From a virus (taxonomy: Duplodnaviria; Caudoviricetes), in IMG/VR virus record IMGVR_UViG_3300005077_000489, positions 128,001 to 192,000 of that record: 64,000 nucleotides of DNA; one strand, given 5' to 3'. The number at the start of each line of letters is the position of its first letter. Position 1 is the first letter of the stretch. Positions 30,269 to 41,800 of this stretch are shown in pieces. The notes below the pieces were generated by a model. The model saw only the letters and a program-made list of their open reading frames with translations, did no database searches and was not told the origin of the DNA. The translations under genes were made by a program, and so were the position numbers.

Positions 30269-31888
30269 ATGGCTACACCACGTTGGACGGAATTCTATAC
30301 TAATAGTAGTGGGGTTGGTATAAGCTCCTATTTAAACTTAGGACATACACATGATTATATGTACGGGAGAGGTACTCCTCCAGCATTACGTGGTATTACT
30401 CCTAGTGAAATACCAATAACCCTAACCTCTTCTACTAATGATTTGATGGTAACAATGAACGATGGGTTGGCTTCCACGTCAAAGACATTTACCCTGGCGA
30501 GCGGAACAAACCTAGACCCAAAGATTCTAGCACAAGATATAACAGATAAGATGCATCGCGAATACCCTACCAATCATCCTATCTGGACTAATGCCTATTG
30601 CTTTTGGTGGGATAATGCGTTTGAATTACGGGCTGGAATTGCAGGATTAAATGCCTCTGTTTCTGTTGACTACACAGCCAATAGTGCTGCAGATGCTCTA
30701 GGCTTCACCCACGGTGTCACTGCTTATGGTTCTGATAATTACAGATTATACGGTGGACAAATAGCTGCCGGAAATAAGACTACCAATACTTGGAGTGGGT
30801 CAATGACCGGTAGCGGAACTTCTTTTGCTCCATCTTGGGATGAGTATGTGTTAATGGCAGTTAATGGTGATGCTGGCACCGGACAAGGTACCGCCGAGAT
30901 AATTACTCATGCTAGTGGTTCCTATCCTGGAACATTAACTTTAGGTGGTATCTATAACTATGGTGATAATACGACCTATCACATGCACGTAACAGTCAGT
31001 GGGTCTTCTTCTTATATGACCGGAGTAAAGGATGCTGTTCCTGTTATGACTTGGTATGGTGAAGGTGGCGATACTACTATGTCTGGTTCACAAGAATTGC
31101 TATATGCTAATTATCCGTACCCATTAGGTAATAAGGGTTTGTGGGTGAAATTTACAAATGCACCTTTTACTTATCCTGGGGATGCTTGGCAGATACAGGC
31201 TAGTGGAGTGTTAACACCGGAAGGATATGACTACCAGTGGGGTTCCGCAATGCGGAAAGTTATATGGAGTTCTATTAAAGGTGACACCGAATGGACGCAA
31301 CAATCAACCGCTACCTTTGGTAATTATTTTAGGGTTGGAAGGGCTGGTGTATATTTGTCAGCCAATCAAGACTACAATGTGGCACCTGGGGATGTAATTC
31401 GTGTGCGGGTCCCTGGTCCTGTTCCTTATAGATATGATGTATCTTCAGTTGACTTAGGTAATATTACTGTTACTACGGCTTCCAGGGTTGTGGCCATGCG
31501 GTTTGACTTAATAGCTGGGGCTGTGGAATTAACTAATGTTAAGTTTAGTTTATTAAATAATGGCGGTATGGGTTATCATGACGGAGTTAATACTCGCTTT
31601 CCTTATGGTACTGTGGGTGCTGGTCAACCAGCGGTAAACACAGATTATGATGTTGGTTGGTGGAACCAAGTCAATGTGAATGACTTAACTCCTCCTAAAC
31701 CGGATTACTTATATGAGATAGATAATAATTTAACTGTGGTATCGACTGCCGACGATTCTAAGACAGTGGGTATAGACCCATTTACATCGTTGATGTCTGA
31801 CTTTATTTATTTTGCAATACAATTGGGTGCTGATGAGAGCGGTCAGAAGACTGTTATTTACAGATGTTATTTTGACTATACGGAGTAA
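30269..31888 (+). CDS. Putative structural protein (539 aa) with a module like those in tail-sheath/flagellar-hook-associated inserts
   Basis: GGAGG RBS. LAQDITDKM...FELRAGIAG...AADALGF module is also found in 42307..48795; G/T/S-rich beta composition. Confidence 0.55.
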   Translation: MATPRWTEFYTNSSGVGISSYLNLGHTHDYMYGRGTPPALRGITPSEIPITLTSSTNDLMVTMNDGLASTSKTFTLASGTNLDPKILAQDITDKMHREYPTNHPIWTNAYCFWWDNAFELRAGIAGLNASVSVDYTANSAADALGFTHGVTAYGSDNYRLYGGQIAAGNKTTNTWSGSMTGSGTSFAPSWDEYVLMAVNGDAGTGQGTAEIITHASGSYPGTLTLGGIYNYGDNTTYHMHVTVSGSSSYMTGVKDAVPVMTWYGEGGDTTMSGSQELLYANYPYPLGNKGLWVKFTNAPFTYPGDAWQIQASGVLTPEGYDYQWGSAMRKVIWSSIKGDTEWTQQSTATFGNYFRVGRAGVYLSANQDYNVAPGDVIRVRVPGPVPYRYDVSSVDLGNITVTTASRVVAMRFDLIAGAVELTNVKFSLLNNGGMGYHDGVNTRFPYGTVGAGQPAVNTDYDVGWWNQVNVNDLTPPKPDYLYEIDNNLTVVSTADDSKTVGIDPFTSLMSDFIYFAIQLGADESGQKTVIYRCYFDYTE

Positions 31889-31897
31889 TTTATTCTA

Positions 31898-32542
31898 ATG
31901 ATTACTAGAACATATCCAACAGAGTACTCTCTTTATGGTGCTGATGTTGATATAATACAAGCAATACGGGATAAGATAGGTGATAGGCTGGAACTTAGGA
32001 GATACTATTTACCATCAGGCAATGAGAATTTAGCACGGTACGTTCAGACAGACAATCTAACATTTTACGACAGCACCACCAAGTTCTGGCCTTATCACAT
32101 TAAGGTAGGATCTCTGACCTGCTCCGGTATCACTAATCCACAGGTCCTGGGTTATCATTATTTAGTGTTCCAAGACCCTGTAGGAAATGTCACTACATCC
32201 GGGATAGACTTCTGGGTGGATACATTTAAATTATCTGATTATGAAATATGGACGGCGTACTTAAGTGTAGATTTATCTCCGTTGGTTAAAGACCCTGACT
32301 GTATTACAGAGGATATGGAAATAATTAAGGCTGCAATAGACTTAGTTCCGAGTATGCGTACTAAAATAGATGATTTGTATACTTCTAAAGAGGTCGTTGA
32401 TAATGATACCAGATACAGACAAGACCGAGCGACCTCTATAGACCCATTTAAAGATTTATTGGATGGTTTGCAAGACCAACTTGATAAACTCATTAAGGAA
32501 AATTGTTATAGATTATTACAAGATGGTTATAGGGTTGAATAG
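31898..32542 (+). CDS. Possible head-tail adaptor/neck protein (214 aa)
   Basis: AIRDKIGD...LSDYEIW...IKAAIDL...helical C-terminus resembles the helical pattern of SPP1 gp15-like adaptors. Manual pattern only. Confidence 0.45.
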   Translation: MITRTYPTEYSLYGADVDIIQAIRDKIGDRLELRRYYLPSGNENLARYVQTDNLTFYDSTTKFWPYHIKVGSLTCSGITNPQVLGYHYLVFQDPVGNVTTSGIDFWVDTFKLSDYEIWTAYLSVDLSPLVKDPDCITEDMEIIKAAIDLVPSMRTKIDDLYTSKEVVDNDTRYRQDRATSIDPFKDLLDGLQDQLDKLIKENCYRLLQDGYRVE

Positions 32543-32550
32543 GAGGAGAT

Positions 32551-32874
32551 ATGAGGGGATGGGTGGTTAAATACAAAGATGGACAAGTAATAGCTGAATG
32601 GGATTTCGGAAAGCCCTTCAGTCAATTACCAAATCAAAATAGTATAGATGCTGTGGCAATAGTACACAGAGATACAAACAGAAAGTGGATTATTAGTGGT
32701 AAAGAAAATTATTTTGCTATGAAAAGAGAATCGATGCTGATGGGGTTAGGAATTAGCAGCGGAAGAAGAATTGAATCGAGAACAATAGGGTATTGGGAAG
32801 ACGGTAAAAAAGTGCTATTTACCGTAGATGAACTTACAGGAGAACCACGCGGTCCTTATCTAGCGAAGGAGTAA
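32551..32874 (+). CDS. Hypothetical protein (107 aa)
   Basis: GAGGAG RBS; fills the gap between coupled genes. Confidence 0.65.
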   Translation: MRGWVVKYKDGQVIAEWDFGKPFSQLPNQNSIDAVAIVHRDTNRKWIISGKENYFAMKRESMLMGLGISSGRRIESRTIGYWEDGKKVLFTVDELTGEPRGPYLAKE

Positions 32875-32881
32875 GGACTAG

Positions 32882-35800
32882 ATGCCTTCCTATCTTAAAT
32901 ATCGAATAAAGCATACTTCAGAACAAACTACTTCATTATATGATTATCAGGCATTACCTCCTGATATATTAGAACAAATGACTAACAGTGGTGTCTTCGA
33001 GGAAACAGATAGAAATATCTTGCCTTCGACCTGCACGTTTATCACTAGAGTTATGTATAATGATATATATTACTATCTGTGTGGAATAAAAATAATAGCA
33101 CAACGCTCAGATTTAATAGCCAGTGATGAAAGAGAAGGAGATGGAAAGCTATTAGATAAAGAGGGCTGGAATGAACGCCGGGTTTCAGGGGCTCTTAAAA
33201 CTAAAGGCGATAACTTATTCCAATCATCCGAACCTAATAAATTCTCTTATGTAGAAAATGCGTATTTCAAATGTAAATACTGTAATATGAGGACTGCTTC
33301 CGCCACAAAGCACGGTATTACTACAGACGAAACAATAGAGTTCCCTATATGCAATTGTTATACTCCGCGTGGAGGTATGGCAATCACAGTGTTCGATGGT
33401 GCTGTCCAAGGCAATTTGGCTACAGGTTACATATCCAATGTTCAAAATCCCGAGGAGTTTACTAATACAACGCAAGAATGGGGAGAGGCGTCTTCCGATC
33501 TAGAGAAGTATATGCATAATGTGAATAAGCCTTTTGTAGCATATCCTAATATACCGCAACCTCAGTCAAAACAACCCGAATATCCTCCCTCTGATAAAAT
33601 TGGAATTATTTATGTACTATTAAACGCTAGGGCTCGTGTAGCCCCTTGTTGCTATTATAACAGTATACCATGGCAATATACCAGTAGATATTTCAGATTA
33701 ATAGATTTGGCTGTTGCCCAACATAAAGTAAAATGTGGTAAAGCAGTAGGTACCGAAAATAAATTTGAGGATTTTAAACCATATCCTGTATCAAATAAGA
33801 CTGGTATTAGTGATATCGGAGTATATACTTATTTAGATGAGAGCGATTACTACCCAGATTCGGACCCGGATGCTTATTTTAAAAATATTTTGTTAGGGCG
33901 AAATTACGATCCTTCTTTACCTGAGTGCGGTAACAACAGAAGGTTGATTTACACTCTACATTATGCTGTGACTGGTAAATTAACTAGAGACATAAGAGAG
34001 GATGATAAAGGTAAATGTACGGATTTACCACAAGATGGGATTTGGCATTATGACAATAATTCTACCTTTTCTCCTAGGAATTGTAATCATCCGAGTTGCT
34101 CAGTAAAATATCAATGGGGTCACCTATGTAATGGTGGCGGCTCCTTTGATTTGGCACTTGGCAAAGCGTGTCCTTATTATGAAAATCCATTAATGGGGGA
34201 TAAAGATACAAATAGATATTCTAAGTTACAGAATATGTATGCTGGGGACTCTGTCACCGGGGCTGCAATACTGGAGTTAATGTGGATGTGCAAAGGCGGT
34301 CTTCCTTGGACACAAGAGGAGTGGGAAACAGTCTGGAGAGTTCCTTATATATGGTCTACAGTCCCGTTTAGTCCAATAGCTTATCAGACAGATTTGATAA
34401 CAGACGAGTCTGGTAAAAAAATAAAAAGTAATTTATGGCATACCGAATATAAACAGTATGCTCAACGTACTAGCGTAGATTTGGTTACAGGTAAGATACA
34501 AGTAAAACCTCCTGTTTTATTACCTGGGGGAACTGTAACGTTAAGGAAACGTAAAGATGCTAGCTCCTTAGAGGATGGCGAACGAATCCCTGATTTTCCT
34601 ACAATTGTAAGAAACATTCAAATGAACGCTACAGGAACCATAAGAATACTTTGGCCAAATCCTGATTTAAAAAATTCGACCTTTAATGTTACCAGCCCGC
34701 AAGACTACGCTAATCAACTCCTAGAATTAAAAACTAAGGTATACAATAAATTAATATGGTCCAGAGATAGTTTGGGGACGGAAGTGATTGCATATGCAAA
34801 TCCTTTTGAACTAGAGTCCGGGATATATTGTATAAATACAGCATTTCTTGTTGGGGCGTGGGCACAGAAACGATATGAATTAGAAGATGCTCTAGAATCT
34901 AATGATTTACTTACCAAAAGGGTACAGACGATACTACAAGATTTGTGGCATGATTTAATAAGATCAAAAATAGCCGGTGCTTCTTCTATACTTGATGGAA
35001 TGCCATTATTAAAGACCTCTATATCTTCCTTAGGTAATATAATATTTCCTCAAGTTCCCCTTAGTTGTTTAGAAGATATTAATCATATTATTGTGTTTGG
35101 TTTCAATAAAGCAGGAATGATATCATCTTATATGGTTAAGGTACGCCCTATTTTCTGTCATGGTTATACATATCAAGCAGAGACTTCCCTATGTACTTCC
35201 TGGAAGGCTGTGTGGAATGGTAGACCTTCTCTTTTTTACAACGCTAATCGTCTAAAAGATATTAATGTAACTGAGGAGGATGGTAATAAAATATTGAAGG
35301 GCTCTTCTATAATGATAGGCAACACTATGTATAATACTTCTACTGGTATAAAAGTAGATGTATCTACACTGGATTATTTTATAGCAGAGCAGCAAGGTAA
35401 ACTGGTTGCACTAATAAACTCTGTTGGGTCTGCCGATAGTGATAGTTTAAGAACATCGTTGAATAATCAGATTATTTCTACTAATAGTTATTTAACCTCT
35501 CTTATAGAACAAAGGCGTAAACAACTTCTGGATGACTCCAGTATTTATACTGATCCTAAAACTATCTCAGAAGTTATAACCTATCTTAATGAACGTATAC
35601 GCTATCTAAATAATGAAATATCAATTATAGACAGGGTCTTAAAAACTTCTTTAACAGAGCAATCCACTTTAGCCTATCAAACATTAAAAAATGATTATGA
35701 TGTAGAGCGTAGGGCTCTGCAGCAGAAGGTAATCCAACTTGCAGGTAGCAGCGGTGGGACCACCACAACTACCTCTTCCACTCCGGATACTGATAATGAC

Positions 35801-38800
35801 GAACAAGATGAGGCATATGATTATAGAAGTGTTAACAGGTCCTACAGTGCTGGTAAAGCCGGTAATGTAGATATCTTACAAGACACAAGAAACTATACCG
35901 CTGGAGATATAGATACAGACGAAAATGGCTCTATTACCATAGATTCTACCACAGAACTGCCTTCTCCATACCCGTCTAGGTACTATGTACCTTACTTAAA
36001 CCCAGACGTAACAAAGCATAAGGACTTAGATAATTATTATAAGTTACTAAAAACGGCTACCAAGGAAAGTATTACTTTAAACATACCGGATAACTCGGGT
36101 GTAGCAAAATGGAAGGTACTGGAAGTATCTCAGAAGACAGATAAGATATTAGCAGGTTCTTATTCGTTTCCGTGTAGTGGTGCCAAGAAGGTTGTAGTGT
36201 ATTCTACTAGAGATTCCGACAATCCTAATAATAGTAAGGGGGCAGACCAACCAAAGGGTGTTAAGTTAACGGAAGATTTAGGAAAATGGTATAAGACATC
36301 TTCCTGTAATCATATGATTATATTAATTATGAATCCGGAGATTTTCAATAGGCATACTGAGAGGATGATCTTTAGTCTGTCGGGACAAATGTCTGTCTGG
36401 GATAAAGATGCTTCGGGAAATTTAGTGGAGAGCAAAAAATTAATAAAGTTTGTCCCTATAAATTATACTCAGGTTCCTCGTGCATTCCCCGGTTATAACA
36501 GGTCTAAGGACGCGGCACAAATTGGTTTTACAACGGAAGACGGGGTAACCTATTCTAAAATACAAGTATCGGAAGGGGTAGAAGTATTAGAATTAGATGA
36601 TAACAATAGGCATCCGTGGGTATTTTTTGCCTATCCAGTTAGTGAAGAGACCTATGTGCAGGAATGGCGTTTTTATGATAAGGCATGGAGTCCGGTTGTG
36701 CCCAATCAGCAGCTAGTAATAATACCAGATAAAGTTGAACTAGATTTATATATAGAATTTGCTTATATAGCAGAAATATATGATTCCTTTGGTTCCGACC
36801 AATATAAGTGGGAAAACAACGAGTGTCAAACGAAGATACTGCACGACCATCCGAAATCTGGTGTCATCCGCACGGTTATGGATTATACAGATGCCAATAA
36901 TAAAGTTGATGGTTTTACTAAGGTACCGGCGGGCTCCCATTCTATGGCTACTCTTTGGCCTTATGCAAGATATGCGTGTCGTGATTATGAAATAACATAT
37001 GCTTGGAGGGATACATATAAAGGATGGGAGTTAACCGTTCAAAATATGTTGGGGGAGTGGAGTAGTAGTAGGCAGGGGTATCACAATAGAACTTTCAGCC
37101 AACCACAAACCCTTACTTACTATACGCAGGGAGACCATGACTTAGGAACAGAATTTCAACCGAAAATAGCGTATAAAGAGCGTGCAGTAAGAGAAGAAAA
37201 TATGAACGTTGGAATATATGATGTAAAACGTTCTGCCTACGGAGAATCCTTCGAGACAAAAACAGATAAGTCTATCACAGATAAAGACCCTATTAACAGT
37301 TTTCCTACTGGCGAGGGGCGTGTTTGTGCTCCCCCTAGATCTTCCCAAGGTGCCGCATATTATCCATATACTAGATGTGAAGAATACTCCCTGTATGTGC
37401 CACGCCATAAAACGTATATCTGGGATTTCCTGGAGAAGTGGAGGAATAAACCAGAGGAAAATGAGTATCTAGGTGGTCTTAGATTGCGGGCGACTGACTG
37501 GTGTGTTAAAGGCGGGACCGTAACGAGAAAGAGGCAGTGGTCAAAATACTGGTACTATGATCCCACCAAAGAAACATCTTTCTTAGGTAGATCTAAAACA
37601 AGAGGACCTGTATTCCCATTAGAATATAAGGAGTATTATGAATTACCTACAAAGACAGTATTCTTAAAACCTTATTCTATACGTACTGGTTCAGAATCAC
37701 AAGATTGTTACTGTCCTGAATGTAATAAATATTTTGTTTGTGCGGACAGCCCTGGGCAATGTCCTTATTGTAATTCGAAAAGTATAGAGCGTGTGACGGG
37801 TTGGGATGCCCATTGGCTTACTTTGTTGGAGCGAGTGGATTCCGAAAGCACCTCTTATACTCCCCAGTCCTCAGAGGATACCGAGGCTTCTAGTGTTACA
37901 GTCACAGTTCTGAAATCTTCTGGGTTACCGAACCAATATTATCAATGGCGTGAATTAGTTACGCGTTTATTCAATGCCTGGAAATCAAATGGGACATATT
38001 CGGCACAATCTTTCACAGATTTTGAAAGAGAACAAGCCCGCGGAAGAACCAAAGGTTGGTATGCTAACATTGTAGGAGGAAAACTGGAGTTTGTTAATGA
38101 TGAGGGTAACTACCAGTCTAGTGCGGCTGCCTCTGCGGGAGATGCTTCCCCCCGTGACATGGTCACTGGTTGTGAAAAAACTGACTTAGGAAAACGGAGT
38201 GATTTAGGTTCTTTTCAAATAAGTGATGGCTATATACCAGGTAGCGTTGATTTTTCGTCATCCACTACGAGTAATGAACTAGATACGCTGGAGTCAGAAG
38301 TTACTATTGCTACAGAACAAGTGGCGGCTATTGAAGCAGACCTTGAAAATTTCAGGTCTTGGCGTAATACGATGACTTCGAGCCCACATACACTTTATGA
38401 GGTTGGCGGGGTTACATACTCATTACGTGTCTGTAGTGACCCAGAATATTACAAAGGGGAGGAATGTATAGATACAAAGATTTCAGCATTGGAGAGCCAA
38501 CTGGTTGAGGCTACTAATGTAATGAATAAGAAAGAAGGTATATTATATGATAAGTATCAAAACACCGCTGCCGGTTATATTAGGAAAGATATAGCCACAA
38601 AAGCGGCTAAGGCTAGGACACAAATAGAAGCTAGTTGCATGCGTTATTATGAGTATACCCAAAAGTCTTTTGGTTATAATTTACCATGGAGCCCTTATGA
38701 CTCCCCACCGCTCTTTGGTAATATGGGTAGAGAATTCTGGGGTGTTGATCTATGTACCCTAGGCTCTGTTATATCTTGGTTACCACGACGTGCTACTAAA

Positions 38801-41800
38801 ATAATTCAGGTTAATAATTGGAATGGTTCATCGGATAATACGAAGATACCTAGTTGGTGGACCGCCGGAAACCCAGAAGGTGAGCCCCTGGAATTAATTA
38901 CTTTGTTGAATCCACCAATAGAATGTACTAGGGCAATAAGTCTGATGTCCTCCACTGCCCAGAATCCTTTCTATAACTATGTGATGTATGATAAGCCCTT
39001 CTATGAAACGATTCCCAGTCCTGCTACCAGTAATGAAACGAATATATTTGAAAATAGATACTGGGTAAAAGATTTGCGTATAGTTACAAAGCATGACACC
39101 GGACATTACGGAGAACAGGGTTATAGATCTGATGTGGGTCGGTTTGTTATATTTGGTAGGGAAGGGGACCACACCCGGGATTTTAAAGTACACGGAGATA
39201 GCCCATCGCACTATGACTATTACGAAAATATCTTTGATACTATAACTGGTTTTTCAAGTGGTAGTTCCGGGTCAACAGAAACTAGTGTACCCCCTCTCTA
39301 CTATATAGAGGGTAAGGATGTCAAAGGCTTTTCGGTCGGACATAATGAAACTATGTCTGTCGGTGACTATTATCCTGGTTATTTCAGCCCTATAAATCAT
39401 TCTAAATTTTTTACAGGGTTCCAATCTTCTCCCGCCGGAACCAACAATATACATTGGGCGTGGCCTGTATCTAATAAAGATATACTAAGAAGATCTAAAC
39501 GTCTAGTTCGGTGGTATGCTGATCAAATAACTTCTAATGCTGATAATACAGATGTAAAATTTGAGGCAGATTACAAAGAAGACGAGGGTATTAATGCTCT
39601 TTCTTATTTAGCCTGTGCACCTTATTTAAAGAAAAGAACTACTACGGGTGAAGACGATGGCAGGGAGATATCTGGAGGACCTAAATTAAAAGAGGATACT
39701 AATTCTCGTACCTTATATAATAATGAAGTTCGCCATAAAAACACTTATTTTGCTATAGTTGCTGAATCAGAACGTGTTTATGGTGGTGTACTAAGACCTC
39801 CTCTAATCTGGGTAGAACAAATAGATAATAAAAACTTAACAGAGATAGGGCACTTCAAGGTTCCTAGTTCTGATTCTATGCCCCACAGAATTAAGACAGA
39901 TGGGACGTTGCAACCTGTAAAGTTAGATGAGGGTGACGAAAACTTCAAAAATGCTGATGGTTCCCCTAGTTACAAGACAGCATTCTCTACTGGTTCTATA
40001 AGTGATTTAAGTAATAATTATGTAAACCCGGCAGACGGTGCCAATTTGTTTACGTCAAAAGGAGTAAATAGTTCCGGTTACTTTCCTGGTTTTATAGCCG
40101 ACTATATTGATTATAGTTATATAGGTAAAGTTTATAATGAAAAGAGGCTTTATGATTTAACTACTGTGAGTGGTAATCGTTGGGCTAACACCAGATTGAC
40201 AAAGAAGATTTCTTCATTTGGGCAGAACAACCATGAAGTTACTGGAACAATTACTATACCTAGATTTGAGGCTAACGCCAGTCACATAGAGTTAAAGTTA
40301 AACTACGGGTTCGAGGATGGAATTATAAGTAAATTATTCACGAATTACTCAGATGCTATTACCCTACAGATACGTGTTTATGGTAGTCCTGTCCCGGGTG
40401 TTAATCTAACTACCGGTAACTTTGATAAAACACTAACCAAGTCTATACCACTTAGTAATTCTGATTTAACAGAAGACGGATCTGTTATATTTGATTTAGA
40501 CTTTTTGATGACTAAAAGTATAGCGATAGAATGTACCTTTTTAGTACATATGAATGTAACAGATTTTTACCTTGGTCCTTGGAAGGGTAAAGAAACGAAG
40601 ATTGAGGTCGGAAAAACTGTTCCGGATGCGGGTAATTACTGTTACTTTAAAGACCTATTTGATTATGTAAAACTGGGTATATTATTCCCAGGTAAGTGTG
40701 CAGAAGTAGTAGAAGTGGAAGAACGTGGCTTTGTTATAACCACTGGTGGTAGTTGTTTTCATACTACATCTACAGGTAAGACCAAAGACCCGAAAGAAGA
40801 CACGAAGACGTCAACACAGTATAATTTTTTTACTGACTCCCAATCTTACTGGTATAAACCAAACTGGTCGGAGTCATATAACAGGACCGACCCAAAAGAA
40901 GGTTGGTGGCAAAATTCAGGACGATCTGATGATGCTTGGGTTACTGAGGGTTACAAAGCCATGCTTGCATCTCTCCAAGAGAGTGACTCTAATATAGGGA
41001 AAGTACCGAAAGCAGAGGTTTTCCCTAAAGTTTGTGTTGAAATTCCTGAGTTGTGCTACTCCAGATTAAAGATGGAGGCGTGGGAGAATGATATTCCCTC
41101 GGTAGAAGGTAAAGACTGGACATGGGGCGGCGTGTGGACGACCAGGATGTCAGGACCAGAATGGACTACTAATGACCAATATCCTAGTAGAGATAAAATT
41201 TGGTGGCCTGCTATCCCTTATGGTGAAGGTCATTTAACATTTAAAGGAAGGTATTTTAGTTTTGGTCAGCAGTATAAAGATGAGGCTAGAGTTAGGAACA
41301 ACAGCAACAAAAGAGTAATAGATACTAATGATAAGTATAATGAATATGCTTACAAGTATGAGTTAACGGCTTTTGATGCTCTGCTGAAAAGTGTTGAACA
41401 AATAGAGAACCTAAGTGCCGAACAAAGACGTAGCTTAGCCTATAGCAGGCATTACGGGGGCTCTGTTCCCAACTCTATAGCACCGGGTCAACCCTATAAT
41501 TCATCGATATCATACTCCACAACGGCTGGTACTACGTTGGGTAATTTCAGTGGAAGGTCTGCTAATGATGCTCTACAAGATGTTATGAAAACCTCTGATT
41601 GGGCGAACAATATGGCTAACAGTGCTACCGATGCTATATATGATACAGTTAATAATGCTAGAAATTACATAGTAGCAGATAGGCGGCAATGGAGATTATT
41701 AGAAGAAGTAGCAATGGACGTAGACGAGGTAAGTTGGGATTTGCTACGAAACAGGGAGGAGATTCCACAAAAAGAAATATTTGGTCTGGCAGAAAGTAGG

